From Desulfobulbus propionicus DSM 2032 (GTDB taxonomy: Bacteria; Desulfobacterota; Desulfobulbia; Desulfobulbales; Desulfobulbaceae): 32,000 bases of DNA. The notes beneath the pieces are model-generated. The model ran no database searches. It was given only the letters and a program-made list of their open reading frames with translations, and was not told where the DNA came from. Shown here piece after piece: positions 1-10,013 of the stretch; within the stretch, counting starts at the first letter, position 1; each line of letters begins with the position of its first letter. The position numbers and the translations under genes are program-made. The DNA lies in assembly GCF_000186885.1 (NCBI RefSeq), contig NC_014972.1, forward strand, positions 2,760,001 through 2,792,000, in the 5' to 3' direction.

Positions 1-959
1 AGGATTCCTTTTACCGGTCGCGGACCCCGCCCCGCCCGGTCCATTGGTCGATTGCCTGGTCGGATCTGATGATGACCATGTTTATCCTCTTTCTCACCCT
101 CTTCGCCCACCTTCGCACCCACGAGGAGATCCTTGCCCATGGCAAACCCAACAAGGTGGCCGATGAAACCATGCCGGTGCAGACCGACCAGACGCCGTCC
201 GCCTTGGTCTTTCACCCTATCTCCCAGGATGTTTCCCTGACCATTGCCGATGACGCCAAGGACATTATTCCTCCGCAACGCGAACAGGAAGGCGCCGACG
301 TGCTCATCCGTCATACACTGACCGAGGAGAAGCCGCAGCCCGAGTCGTTGGCCCCGATACCCCAGCTGCCGCAGCAGCCTTCTGCTCCGCAGTCGGCAAA
401 CCAGACGGCAGCCTCCCCCGCGCAGCCCCTTCCACCCGCCCCCGTCCCCGAGGAGAAGAAGCAGGAAGAGCTGATCACCAAGATCTATGACCTGTCCAAG
501 GTAGCCCTGGAAAAGGAGCAGCTGGATCGTTTCGCCTCGGTGGAACTGGTGCCGGACAAGACCATGCGCATCATCCTCACCGGCGACCTGCTATTTGCCT
601 CCGGTCAGGCGGAACTCACTCGCGAAGCCCTTGTTTCCCTGAAAAAAATATCGGCCCTCATCAAAACCACCCCCTACATGATCAACGTCATCGGTCATAC
701 CGACGACCGTCCGGTGAAGAATGCCCGCTTCCCCTCCAACTGGGAACTGTCGCTGGCTCGAGCCGGGCGGGTGGCCCGGTTTCTCATCGAGGATACCGGA
801 CTGCCGGCCACCCAGTTCAGTGTTTCCGGCTACAGCTCCTTCCGGCCTCTTAAGCCCAACACCAGCGAAGACAATCGCAAGATCAACCGGCGGGTGGAGC
901 TCGTGCTGTCCAAGGAATTGCCGCAGGCCCAAGCCGCCATGCCCGCCAACCTTCAATAA
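1..959 (+). CDS. motB: MotB/OmpA-family stator-like protein, 5' end outside the window (reading frame of base 3)
   Basis: ORF-track ORF 69..959 stays open back to base 3. The upstream codons read ...PVHWSIAWSDLMMTMFILFLTLF, a MotB-type N-terminal TM/plug segment, so the listed ATG is internal. A Pro/Gln-rich linker is followed by an OmpA-like peptidoglycan-binding domain (DLLFASGQAEL...NVIGHTDDRP...SNWELSLARA...NRRVELVL). Stop TAA at 957-959. Confidence 0.75.
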   Translation, partial: DSFYRSRTPPRPVHWSIAWSDLMMTMFILFLTLFAHLRTHEEILAHGKPNKVADETMPVQTDQTPSALVFHPISQDVSLTIADDAKDIIPPQREQEGADVLIRHTLTEEKPQPESLAPIPQLPQQPSAPQSANQTAASPAQPLPPAPVPEEKKQEELITKIYDLSKVALEKEQLDRFASVELVPDKTMRIILTGDLLFASGQAELTREALVSLKKISALIKTTPYMINVIGHTDDRPVKNARFPSNWELSLARAGRVARFLIEDTGLPATQFSVSGYSSFRPLKPNTSEDNRKINRRVELVLSKELPQAQAAMPANLQ

Positions 960-974
960 ACGGGTTTTCCAGCC

Positions 975-1838
975 ATGAAACGACAAAACCTGATCGGCCT
1001 GCTGTTGTGCAGCCTTCTCTTTTTCGGTGGATTCCTCATCAAAGGCAATCTCAGCCTCTATTTCAACATTGCCAGCCTGATGATCGTGGCCGGCGGCAGC
1101 GCCATCGCCGCCCTGCTCAGCTTTCAGCTCGAACGGTTGCGGATCGTGCTGCGGGTGGTGCGCGCCTCGTATCGCAGCCGGCTCAAATCCGAGGCAGAGA
1201 TCGTCGATATCCTGATCAACCTGGCGATCAAATCGCGGATGGAGGGAATCCTGTCGCTGCAACAGGACGAAAACGAGACCTCGATCCATTTCCTCCGCCG
1301 GGGGTTGGGGTGCCTGGTGGACAACTACGAACCGCAGCAGATCCGCGACATCCTCAACACCGAGATGTATTTCTTCAAGCTGCGCCGCGAGGATTCGGAA
1401 CGGGTGCTGCGCACCATCGCCGATTTCTGCCCGGCCTTTGGCATCGTCGGCTCGGTGGCCGGCCTGATTCCCATGCTGGCGGGCATCGACGACACCGGCA
1501 TCATCCTCAAGACCGTGCCCCTGGCCCTGACCTCGATCCTCTATGGCCTGATCCTGCCCAATTTCTTCTTCATCCCCTTTGCCGCCAACCTGCGCGAACG
1601 GACCAATCAAGAGTTGCTGTTGCAGAAGATCATCATGGAGGGAATCATCGCCATTGAAAGCGAACTCAATCCCACCGTGCTCCGCACCAAACTGCTCTCC
1701 TTCCTCACCCCCTCCGATCGCAAGGCCGACCTAGTGCCGCTGTCGCGCATTCAGGAACGGTTCCACATCCGGCTGGACGCCACCGAACCCGATGACCGCG
1801 ACGAGCCGCAGGATCGGCCGGGACCGGCTGTTTTCTAG
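975..1838 (+). CDS. motA: MotA/TolQ/ExbB-family proton-channel (stator) protein
   Basis: ATG at 975 lies 15 nt after the motB-like stop; 287 aa. Two N-terminal hydrophobic segments (LIGLLLCSLLFFGGFLI, FNIASLMIVAGGSAIAALLSF) are followed by a long cytoplasmic loop. Two C-terminal segments follow (FCPAFGIVGSVAGLIPML, VPLALTSILYGLILPNFFFIPFA), which is the MotA architecture. Acidic/Pro-rich tail. Confidence 0.75.
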   Translation: MKRQNLIGLLLCSLLFFGGFLIKGNLSLYFNIASLMIVAGGSAIAALLSFQLERLRIVLRVVRASYRSRLKSEAEIVDILINLAIKSRMEGILSLQQDENETSIHFLRRGLGCLVDNYEPQQIRDILNTEMYFFKLRREDSERVLRTIADFCPAFGIVGSVAGLIPMLAGIDDTGIILKTVPLALTSILYGLILPNFFFIPFAANLRERTNQELLLQKIIMEGIIAIESELNPTVLRTKLLSFLTPSDRKADLVPLSRIQERFHIRLDATEPDDRDEPQDRPGPAVF

Positions 1839-1987
1839 CCTGGCTGCCCCCTCGCTCCGCGCCTGAAAAACAGGGGTGCAAAAAGCCGCCGGTCGTGTAC
1901 TATACGGCCTGCCAGCGGGTTTTCCACCGCCCGGTCCAGCAAATCAACCTATTGTTTTCAATCAAAAAAGAAAAGAAGAGGTTCCCC

Positions 1988-2911
1988 ATGCGATCTCCCA
2001 TCCTCCCTGCCCTGCTCTGCGCGCTTGTACTCTATGGCTGCGGGGCAACCACGGTCAAGTCGCTGGTCAAGGATCAAGGGGCCGTGCAGATGACCGGGCA
2101 CGAGGTATTGCGCCTGGTCAAGGGCAATACCTTGGCGCTCCACTCGTTCAGCGACGACGTCCAGCTCTATTTCGATCCTGCGGGCAAAATCTTCGCCAAG
2201 GGCGTCTCTACCGACAAAGACAAGGGGAGCTGGGATGTCAGCGAGAACGGCGAACTCTGCATGCGCATGGAAAAATGGTGGTACAGCGACCTGCGCTGCT
2301 TCACCGTCTACCACATCGGCGACATGGATAAGGTCCGTCTGGCCAATACCAGCGGCGTGCTCCAGTATTCGGCCGAGCAGACGGAGGGTGACAGCAAGGG
2401 ATTGTACAGCGGCATGGACAAGAAAAAGAAGAGTCTGCGCCGCTCGATCCGGAACGAGGCCGACACGCAGCAGCCCAGCACCAGTCTGAGCGCGTCGCCC
2501 AGCAAGGCAACCACCCCAACGCTGATCGAGGAACCACGGCCGAGCGCTCATCATGGCGGCAAGGACACCGGGGTCATGGTGGAATACATGGCCAAGGACT
2601 GCCCAGGCTGCGACCTGGCCGGGGTCGATCTCGGCCGCGCTGAACTGATCGACGCCAAACTGGCCGGTGCCGACCTCCACGGTGCCAACCTGAGCATGGC
2701 CAATCTCCGCCGGGCCGATCTCAAGAAAGCCAACCTGCAAAAGGCCGTCCTTACCTACGCCAATCTTCCCGGTGCCGACCTCCGCGGCGCTGACCTGCGC
2801 GGCGCCTCGCTCAAGGGAGCCAATCTCATCAAGGCCGACCTCACCGGGGCCAGGCTCGAAGAGGCCGATCTGACCGAGGTGCTCAAGGAAGGGGCGAAAG
2901 GGCTGAAGTAG
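1988..2911 (+). CDS. Lipoprotein with C-terminal pentapeptide-repeat domain
   Basis: ATG at 1988 is preceded by GAAGAGG. Signal peptide plus lipobox (MRSPILPALLCALVLYG|C). The C-terminus is a run of tandem 5-residue repeats (ADLHGANLSMANLRRADLKKANLQKAVLTYANLPGADLRGADLRGASLKGANLIKADLTGARLEEADL). The ORF-track start at 1895 adds a non-signal-like extension and is less likely. Confidence 0.8.
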   Translation: MRSPILPALLCALVLYGCGATTVKSLVKDQGAVQMTGHEVLRLVKGNTLALHSFSDDVQLYFDPAGKIFAKGVSTDKDKGSWDVSENGELCMRMEKWWYSDLRCFTVYHIGDMDKVRLANTSGVLQYSAEQTEGDSKGLYSGMDKKKKSLRRSIRNEADTQQPSTSLSASPSKATTPTLIEEPRPSAHHGGKDTGVMVEYMAKDCPGCDLAGVDLGRAELIDAKLAGADLHGANLSMANLRRADLKKANLQKAVLTYANLPGADLRGADLRGASLKGANLIKADLTGARLEEADLTEVLKEGAKGLK

Positions 2912-2983
2912 GGGTGTAGGTGGGGAGTCTGTTAGCCTTTGGGTTGAGGCGCTATCCCCCCTCCCTCTTCATTGATCGCGCTA

Positions 2984-3013
2984 ATCGTTCCCTCGCTGGA
3001 GCGGGGGAACGAT
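2984..3013 (+). terminator. Very stable hairpin downstream of the pentapeptide-repeat gene (possible intrinsic terminator)
   Basis: ATCGTTCCCTCGC-TGGA-GCGGGGGAACGAT forms a 13-bp stem (one G.U pair) with a tetraloop, 73 nt after the stop. The T6 run only starts 13 nt after the stem, so it is not a textbook terminator. Confidence 0.35.
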
Positions 3014-3094
3014 CAACTTGCTCTATTTTTTAAACATTTAGGAATGGCGGGCAAGCAAAAGACATTTCCCTTTCACCATGATGCCCTTATCTAA

Positions 3095-3520
3095 ATGGAA
3101 TGGATTCAATTTATAGCTGGTATCGGGATTGGTACACTCGGTGCGAAGTTGCTCGACATTATCTTGTTACAGAGGCGTATCGAGAAGGCCGAACAAAGGA
3201 CTTGGCTACGAGAGAAAAGGCTGGAATCATTTGCAGAAGTGATAAAAGAATTCCTGTCTTTCGGTCTTCACGCAAGTAAGACGCGAACAGGATTTCAGAG
3301 TTACGGTTTGATCTCTAAAGCACTGCTACTTATCGACGACGACAAACTGGTAGACCGAATTGACCAGTTTGTGGTCAACATGGATCACATGAACAGTTTA
3401 ACCGATTCAAAAAATGCTGAGGACAAGATCAAAGGTGAACAACTTTATATAACTTTAACTGAGGAGTCACGAGAGATCACAAAAATTCTTCGAGGAATCA
3501 TTCTTTCTGATCGTGTCTAA
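3095..3520 (+). CDS. Hypothetical small membrane-anchored protein (orphan, AT-rich)
   Basis: 141-aa ORF starting with ATG. N-terminal hydrophobic helix (MEWIQFIAGIGIGTLGAKLLDIILL) followed by charged helical sequence. It lies in an AT-rich islet: I hand-counted 38% GC for 3361-3420. No family recognised. Confidence 0.5.
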   Translation: MEWIQFIAGIGIGTLGAKLLDIILLQRRIEKAEQRTWLREKRLESFAEVIKEFLSFGLHASKTRTGFQSYGLISKALLLIDDDKLVDRIDQFVVNMDHMNSLTDSKNAEDKIKGEQLYITLTEESREITKILRGIILSDRV

Positions 3521-3625
3521 ACTTATATGCCTTCCAATCGATGTGATTCGTCTCGATGAACTCACAGCGAACGCCTCCTCTTTTCTTAAAAACATAATTA
3601 TCCCAATAAAAAATACGCTAGTCTC

Positions 3626-6600
3626 ATGCCCACACCCTTCATTCATCTTCACGTCCACTCCCAGTACTCCATGCTCGACGGCGCCATCCGCGTCTCCGAC
3701 CTGATCGACACCGCCAAGGAATTCGGCATGGAGGCGGTGGCCCTCACCGACCACGGCGCCATGTACGGGGCGCTGGAATTCTATGAAAAGGCCAAGAAAG
3801 CGGGCATCAAGCCCCTGGTCGGCTGCGAGTTCTACCTGGCGGAAAACGGCATGGAAATCCATGACCGCAGCGCCGGCCACAACTTCCATCTGGTGGCGCT
3901 CGCCATGAACGAGGCCGGCTACGGCAACCTGATGAAGCTGGCCTCCCTGGCGCAGACCAAAGGATTCTACTACCGGCCGCGGATCGACCGCCAGACTCTG
4001 TATGCCCATCAGGAAGGGTTGATCGTGCTCACCGCCTGCCTCAAGGGCGAGATTCCCTGGCGGCTGACCCACAACGACGAGAACCGTGCCCGCGCCCGCG
4101 CTCTGGAACTGCAAAAAGTGTTCGGCGACCGCCTCTATCTGGAGATTCAGGAAAACGGTCTGCCCGAGCAGACCATCGCCAACCAGGGACTGATGGCGCT
4201 TGCCAAGGACCTGAATATCAAGCTGGTGGCCACCAACGACTGCCACTACCTGACCAAGGAGGAGTCCTACGCCCACGAGGTGCTGCTGTGCATCCAGACC
4301 GGCAAGACCATCAACGACCCCAACCGCTTCCGCTTCAACACCAACGAACTCTACTTCAAGTCCGGCGACGAGATGGCCGCCCAGTTTGCCTACTGCCCCG
4401 AGGCGATCAGCAACACCCTGGAGGTGGCCGAGCGGTGCAACCTGGAACTGAGTTTCAAGGAACACTTTTTCCCCATCTTTCCGATCAAGGAAAACGAGAC
4501 CCTGGAAACGGTCTTCTCCCAGGCCTGTTGGGATGGTTTCCAGCAGCGGCTCGACCACATGCGCGAGATGGGCCCGGTCAGCGCCGAGACCGAGAAGACC
4601 TACCGCGACCGGCTGGAATACGAGATCGATGTTATCCAGGAGATGGGGTTTGCCGGCTACTTCCTGATCGTGGCCGATTTCATCAACTGGGCCAAGAAAC
4701 AGAAAATTCCGGTGGGGCCGGGCCGCGGCTCGGGCGCGGGCAGCCTGGCCGCCTACTGCATGGCGATCACCGACATCGATCCCATTCCCTATGGCCTGCT
4801 GTTCGAACGCTTTCTCAACGTCGAGCGGGTGTCCATGCCCGACTTTGACGTCGACTTCTGCAAGGAGCGGCGCGACGAGGTCATCGACTACGTCCGCCAG
4901 CGCTACGGCGGCGACGATTATGTGGCCCAGATCGTGGCCTATGGATCGATGAAGGCCCGGGCCGTGCTGCGCGACGTTGGCAGGGTGCTCGATATCCCCC
5001 TGCCGGTGGTGGACCGGATCGCCAAGCTGGTGCCGGAGGAATTGAAAATCACCCTGAAGAAGGCGATCGAAAAGGAGCCCCGACTGCGCGAGGCGATGAA
5101 GGACGACGAGGTCCGCGAACTGCTGACCATCGCCCAGACCCTGGAGGGGCTGGCCCGGCACAAGTCGACCCATGCCGCCGGGGTGGTCATCTCGCCCAAA
5201 CCGATGGTCGAGTACCTGCCGGTGTGCATCGGCCCCAACAAGGAGATCCTGACCCAGTACGACATGAAGTACACCGAGAAGACCGGACTGATCAAGTTCG
5301 ACTTCCTCGGGCTGAAGACCCTGACCGTGATCGACCGGGCCCTGAAACTGATCGCCTATGACGTGGGCAAGGAAGTTGACCTGCGCAAGATTCCCATGGA
5401 CGACCCCAAGACCTACAATCTGCTCTGCCGGGGCGACAGCCTGGGGGTGTTCCAGTTGGAAAGCGACGGCATGCGCGAGCTCTTGATCAAGATGCAGCCG
5501 GAGCAGTTCACCGACCTGATCGCCCTGGTCGCCCTGTACCGGCCGGGCCCACTCGACTCGGGTATGGTCGATACCTTTGTCGAGACCAAACACGGCCGCC
5601 GGCCCGCCGACTACCCCCTGCCGCAGATCAAGTCGGTCCTCCAGGAGACCTACGGCGTGATCGTCTACCAGGAGCAGGTGATGAAGATCTCCAATATCCT
5701 GGCGGGCTATAGCCTGGGTGATGCCGATATTCTCCGCCGCGCCATGGGCAAGAAGATCCCCGAGGTCATGGAGAAGGAGCGCGGCAAGTTCATGGCCGGG
5801 GCCAAGGTCAACAACATCCCCGAGGACAAGGCCACCTACATTTTCGACCTGATGGCCAAGTTTGCCGGTTACGGCTTCAACAAATCGCACTCGGCGGCCT
5901 ACGCCCTGGTGGCCTATCAGACCGCCTATCTCAAGGCCCACTATCCGGCTCAATTCCTGGCCGCCCTGCTCTCCTGCGACTACGACAACACCGACAAGGT
6001 GGTCAAGTACATCAACGAGTGCCGCCAGAACAAGATTGAGGTCCTGCCGCCGGACATCAACGAATCGTTCAACGATTTCACGGTGATCAACGACCGTGTT
6101 CGCTTTGGCTTGGCAGCGGTCAAGAACGTCGGCGGCGCGGCCCTTGATTCGATCCTGGCCGAGCGGGAAGCGGGCGGGCCATACCGGTCCCTGAGCGATT
6201 TCTGCAGCCGGGTGGACAGCTCTAAGGTCAATCGCAAGGTGATCGAGAGCCTGATCAAGGCCGGGGCCTTCGACTCGATGAGCGGACGCCGCGCCCAGTA
6301 CATGGCCATGCTCGACCAGTGTCTCGACCGGGCCAAGGCGGCCCAGCGCGACCGGATGAGCGGCCAGATGAATTTGTTTGCCATCGGGCAACCAGCGTCG
6401 AAACAGGCGGAGGCAACGGAGGTCGAACTGCCCGCCGATGTCGAGGAGTGGCCGGAACTGGAACGGCTGGCCGCGGAAAAGGAAACGGTCGGCTTTTTCC
6501 TCACCGGTCATCCCCTGGAAGGGGTGATGGAGGATCTGCGCCGGGCGGTGGACACTGACATCGCCGGGGTGGAAAAGCTGCGCGAAGGCCAGGCAGTGCG

Positions 6601-7147
6601 TATCGGCGGCCTGATCGCCAGTTACAAGGAGCACAAATCGAAAAAAGGCGACCGCATGGCCTTCACTACCCTGGAGGATATGAGCGCCAGCATCGAGGTG
6701 ATCGTCTTTCCCTCGACCTTTGCCGAATGCGCCGAGCTGCTGACCAGCGAGCAGCCGCTGGTGGTGCTGGGCACGGTGCAGCAGGGGGAACGAGGCGCCA
6801 AGGTGGTGGCCCAGGAGGTCAAGACCCTGACCGGGGCACTGGAGCACTATACCGAGCGAGCGGTGATCACTCTGCGGGCGGCGGCGACCTCACGCCAGCA
6901 CATGCTGGAACTCAAAGAACTGCTTTACCAGCACCACGGGGCCACGCCGGTTATGCTCACCCTGCATTTCGACAATCGGGGCGAGGTCGACATTCAGGTG
7001 CTCAAGGATATGAGCATCCGCCCTTCCTCCGACCTCTTTCACAAGATCACCCGGCTCTGCGGCCCCCGCTCGCTGGCGGTGCAGATGCGCAAACCCGAGG
7101 TGCAGCCGCGCCGCAACGGCAACGGCCGCGGAGGCAACGGCCACTAG
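3626..7147 (+). CDS. dnaE: DNA polymerase III alpha subunit
   Basis: 1173 aa. PHP-domain N-terminus MPTPFIHLHVHSQYSMLDGA...ALTDHGAMYG, polymerase core (GRGSGAGSLAAYC, PDFDVDF, LIKFDFLGLKTL), and a C-terminal OB-fold region. Stop TAG at 7145-7147. Confidence 0.97.
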   Translation: MPTPFIHLHVHSQYSMLDGAIRVSDLIDTAKEFGMEAVALTDHGAMYGALEFYEKAKKAGIKPLVGCEFYLAENGMEIHDRSAGHNFHLVALAMNEAGYGNLMKLASLAQTKGFYYRPRIDRQTLYAHQEGLIVLTACLKGEIPWRLTHNDENRARARALELQKVFGDRLYLEIQENGLPEQTIANQGLMALAKDLNIKLVATNDCHYLTKEESYAHEVLLCIQTGKTINDPNRFRFNTNELYFKSGDEMAAQFAYCPEAISNTLEVAERCNLELSFKEHFFPIFPIKENETLETVFSQACWDGFQQRLDHMREMGPVSAETEKTYRDRLEYEIDVIQEMGFAGYFLIVADFINWAKKQKIPVGPGRGSGAGSLAAYCMAITDIDPIPYGLLFERFLNVERVSMPDFDVDFCKERRDEVIDYVRQRYGGDDYVAQIVAYGSMKARAVLRDVGRVLDIPLPVVDRIAKLVPEELKITLKKAIEKEPRLREAMKDDEVRELLTIAQTLEGLARHKSTHAAGVVISPKPMVEYLPVCIGPNKEILTQYDMKYTEKTGLIKFDFLGLKTLTVIDRALKLIAYDVGKEVDLRKIPMDDPKTYNLLCRGDSLGVFQLESDGMRELLIKMQPEQFTDLIALVALYRPGPLDSGMVDTFVETKHGRRPADYPLPQIKSVLQETYGVIVYQEQVMKISNILAGYSLGDADILRRAMGKKIPEVMEKERGKFMAGAKVNNIPEDKATYIFDLMAKFAGYGFNKSHSAAYALVAYQTAYLKAHYPAQFLAALLSCDYDNTDKVVKYINECRQNKIEVLPPDINESFNDFTVINDRVRFGLAAVKNVGGAALDSILAEREAGGPYRSLSDFCSRVDSSKVNRKVIESLIKAGAFDSMSGRRAQYMAMLDQCLDRAKAAQRDRMSGQMNLFAIGQPASKQAEATEVELPADVEEWPELERLAAEKETVGFFLTGHPLEGVMEDLRRAVDTDIAGVEKLREGQAVRIGGLIASYKEHKSKKGDRMAFTTLEDMSASIEVIVFPSTFAECAELLTSEQPLVVLGTVQQGERGAKVVAQEVKTLTGALEHYTERAVITLRAAATSRQHMLELKELLYQHHGATPVMLTLHFDNRGEVDIQVLKDMSIRPSSDLFHKITRLCGPRSLAVQMRKPEVQPRRNGNGRGGNGH

Positions 7148-7164
7148 GAAGGTTGGAAGGGATC

Positions 7165-7192
7165 ACCCGGCATACACGAAGGGTTGCCGGGT
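7165..7192. terminator. Hairpin between convergent dnaE and dxs
   Basis: ACCCGGCA-(12 nt)-TGCCGGGT, a perfect 8-bp stem in the 59-bp gap between the two stops. No U-tract on either side. Confidence 0.3.
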
Positions 7193-7206
7193 CTGCGAGA
7201 GGTTGT

Positions 7207-9114
7207 TCAGGAACGCAACAACGCCAGCGCACCGCGCACAATGCCCTCGGCGTCGATCCCCGCATTGTGCCACAAGGTGGCTTGCGGGCCATGCTCGATG
7301 AAGGTGTCCGCATAGCCGAGCATCGTGCACGGCAGCGACAGGCCCTGTTGATGGAGCAGTTGCAGCACACCGCTGCCGAACCCACCTTGAACGGTGTTGT
7401 CTTCGATGGTGACGACCCGGCCCGTCTGTGCGGCCCAAGTGGCGATCAATTCGCTGTCCAGCGGCTTGACAAAGCGCGGATTGAGCACTGCCGCGCTGAC
7501 TCCCTGTTCCTCAAGAAGCTCCGCTGCCGCGAGTGCGGGATACACCCGGTTGCCCACGGGCAGGAGCAACACATCCGTGCCCTGCCGGAGGAGTTCCCCC
7601 TTGCCGATTTCCAGCGCCGCAAACGACGGCGCAAGCGGCACCCCTTCGCCGCTGCCGCGGGGATAGCGCAACACCACCGGGCCGCTGTGGGTCAGCGCCG
7701 TGTAGAGCATTTGTTGTAGTTCGTCCTCGTCCTTGGGCGCCATCACCGTCAGGTTGGGTATGAAGCGCAGGAAAGACAGGTCGAAGACACCATGATGGGT
7801 GGGACCATCGGCCCCGACCACGCCGCTGCGGTCCAGGGCGATGGTCACCGGCAGGTTGGGCAGGCAGACGTCGTGGATCAATTGATCCAGAGCCCGTTGC
7901 ATGAACGAGGAGTACACGGCAAAGAAGGGACGCAAGCCTTCCAAGGCCAAGCCGGCGGCAAAGGTGACCGCATGCTGTTCGGCGATGCCGACGTCGAAAA
8001 ACCGGTCGGGAAATTCTGTGGCAAAGGGAAGTAGGCCGGTACCGCCCGGCATGGCGGCGGTGATCGCCACCACCCGCTTGTCCTGCCGGGCCAGCCGACA
8101 AAGCGTATCGCCGAACACCTTGGTGTAGGAAATGGCGGCGTTCTTGTTCTTTTTCGGCGTGCCGGTGGCCACGTCGAACGGACCGACGCCGTGGTAGTCG
8201 CCGGGATGGGTTTCAGCCGGCTTGTAGCCCTTGCCCTTGGTGGTGATCACATGCACCAGCACCGGACCATGGCTGTGATCGCGGACGTTTTCCAGGGTGG
8301 CGATCAAATCTTCCAGTTCATGACCGGGAATCGGGCCGATATATTTGAACTTCAACGCCTCGAACAGCATGCCCGGGGTGAAAAAACCCTTGAGGCTTTC
8401 TTCGCTCTTGCGCAGCACGGTCAAGATATTCTCGCCCACCGAGGACAGGGCCATCAACCGGTCCTCGATATGATCGCGCAGGCGGCGGATGGTCTTGCCC
8501 GTCAGTTTGCGGCTGAGAAAACTGGACAGGGCGCCAACGTTTTTCGAGATCGACATCTCGTTGTCGTTGAGGATCACGACCAAATTACGGCCCAGATCGC
8601 CGGCATGATTGAGGCCTTCAAAGGCCATGCCCGCGGTCATCGAGCCGTCGCCGATGATCGCCACCACCCGGCTGTCGTCTTCCTGCATTGCCTTGGCCGC
8701 TGCCATGCCCAGTCCGTAGGAAATCGAGGTGGAACTGTGTCCGGCTTCCACCGTATCGTATCCGCTTTCGCCCCGCTTGGGAAAACCACTCAACCCTTTG
8801 TACTGACGGAGGGTGGCGAAACGGTCCCGCCGACCGGTCAGCAATTTGTGGGCATAGGCCTGGTGGCCCACATCCCATATCAATCGGTCGCGCGGCGTAT
8901 CAAACACATAATGGAGGGCCATGGTCAATTCGACCACCCCAAGACTGGGGGCGAGATGGCCGCCGGTTTCGGCCACGGTGGCGATGATGGTTTCCCGCAG
9001 TTCCTGGGCAAGCAGTTCCATCTGCGGCAGGCTGAGGCGGCGCAGATCACGGGGGGAATCAATGGTGGCCAGCAGGGAACTGGTCCGGTCTGTCGGGGAA
9101 TCCACAATGAGCAT
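7207..9114 (-). CDS. dxs: 1-deoxy-D-xylulose-5-phosphate synthase
   Basis: 635 aa. N-terminus [27 protein letters not shown] and a thiamine-diphosphate motif [20 protein letters not shown], with transketolase-like middle and C-terminal domains. ATG at 9114 is 2 nt after the ispA stop. Confidence 0.95.
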   Translation of the reverse strand: MLIVDSPTDRTSSLLATIDSPRDLRRLSLPQMELLAQELRETIIATVAETGGHLAPSLGVVELTMALHYVFDTPRDRLIWDVGHQAYAHKLLTGRRDRFATLRQYKGLSGFPKRGESGYDTVEAGHSSTSISYGLGMAAAKAMQEDDSRVVAIIGDGSMTAGMAFEGLNHAGDLGRNLVVILNDNEMSISKNVGALSSFLSRKLTGKTIRRLRDHIEDRLMALSSVGENILTVLRKSEESLKGFFTPGMLFEALKFKYIGPIPGHELEDLIATLENVRDHSHGPVLVHVITTKGKGYKPAETHPGDYHGVGPFDVATGTPKKNKNAAISYTKVFGDTLCRLARQDKRVVAITAAMPGGTGLLPFATEFPDRFFDVGIAEQHAVTFAAGLALEGLRPFFAVYSSFMQRALDQLIHDVCLPNLPVTIALDRSGVVGADGPTHHGVFDLSFLRFIPNLTVMAPKDEDELQQMLYTALTHSGPVVLRYPRGSGEGVPLAPSFAALEIGKGELLRQGTDVLLLPVGNRVYPALAAAELLEEQGVSAAVLNPRFVKPLDSELIATWAAQTGRVVTIEDNTVQGGFGSGVLQLLHQQGLSLPCTMLGYADTFIEHGPQATLWHNAGIDAEGIVRGALALLRS

Positions 9115-9116
9115 GA

Positions 9117-10013
9117 TTATTTCTTACGGTCGACAATGAAGTTGGCCAGATTCCTGAGCGGATCGGCCTGGTGGTCAAAGGCGGCAAGGGCGGCGATGGC
9201 CTCTTGCACCGCTTCCCTGGCCATGGTGCGCGAGGTTTCCTTGCCAAAAAGCGAAGGATAGGTGACTTTGTCGGATTTGAGGTCGCTGCCCGCTGGTTTG
9301 CCCAACTGTTCGGTGGTGGCCTCGACATCGAGCAGATCGTCGACGATCTGAAAGGCCAGACCGATGTTGTCGCCATAGGTTTTCAGGGCAGTCTCCTGCT
9401 CGGCACTGGCGCCGGCAACCATGGCGCCGCTCAGCACCGAGGCGGTGATCAGCGCGCCGGTCTTGCTGCGGTGGATGGTGCGCAGCATTTCGTAGCCCAC
9501 CTGCTGCCCCTCGTAGATCATGTCCAGCGATTGGCCGCCGACCATGCCCAGCGGGCCGGCCGCCCGGGCAATGGTCTGGATGATGCGAATCCGGGCCGCG
9601 TCGTTGATGTCAGCGGACGCCTGGCTGCTAAGCAGGTCAAAGGCAAAAGTGAGCAGGCCGTCGCCGGCGAGAATGGCCGCCGCCTCGCCAAAAACTGTGT
9701 GATTGGTCGGTTTGCCCCGGCGCAGGTCATCGTCGTCCATGGCCGGCAGGTCGTCGTGAATGAGAGAGTAGGTGTGGATGCACTCCAGGGCACAGGCCAC
9801 GGACAGGGCACGCTGACGGGTCGCCTCGCCGCTGTCCACGGCCTCGGCACCGGCCAGACAGAGAATGGGCCGAATCCGTTTGCCGCCGACAAAGAGGCTG
9901 TAGCGCATCGATTCGATGTGCTGGCTGAAATCACCGGCAGGTTTGAGCATCAGCGCGGCCAGCTGATCCTCCACCCGCTGCCGCTGATCATTCAGATAGG
10001 TTGCGATCTCCAC
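9117..10013 (-). CDS. ispA: Farnesyl/geranyl diphosphate synthase (polyprenyl synthetase)
   Basis: Both Asp-rich motifs are present: [20 protein letters not shown] and [10 protein letters not shown] prefer GTG at 10013 (preceded by GAGGAAGAC, giving 298 aa). The ORF-track ATG at 10052 would overlap xseB by 65 nt and remains possible. Confidence 0.85.
   Translation of the reverse strand: MEIATYLNDQRQRVEDQLAALMLKPAGDFSQHIESMRYSLFVGGKRIRPILCLAGAEAVDSGEATRQRALSVACALECIHTYSLIHDDLPAMDDDDLRRGKPTNHTVFGEAAAILAGDGLLTFAFDLLSSQASADINDAARIRIIQTIARAAGPLGMVGGQSLDMIYEGQQVGYEMLRTIHRSKTGALITASVLSGAMVAGASAEQETALKTYGDNIGLAFQIVDDLLDVEATTEQLGKPAGSDLKSDKVTYPSLFGKETSRTMAREAVQEAIAALAAFDHQADPLRNLANFIVDRKK

Noticed and set aside
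2984-3013. CRISPR-repeat-like palindrome (GTTCCC...GGGAAC)
   Set aside because: It is a single copy. I found no second repeat or spacer periodicity anywhere in the window, and no cas genes.
3467-6847. 1126-aa ORF antisense to dnaE
   Set aside because: A shadow ORF typical of high-GC coding DNA. The translation is Gly/Leu/His/Asp/Val-rich and has no protein-like motifs, whereas the opposite strand encodes an unmistakable DnaE.
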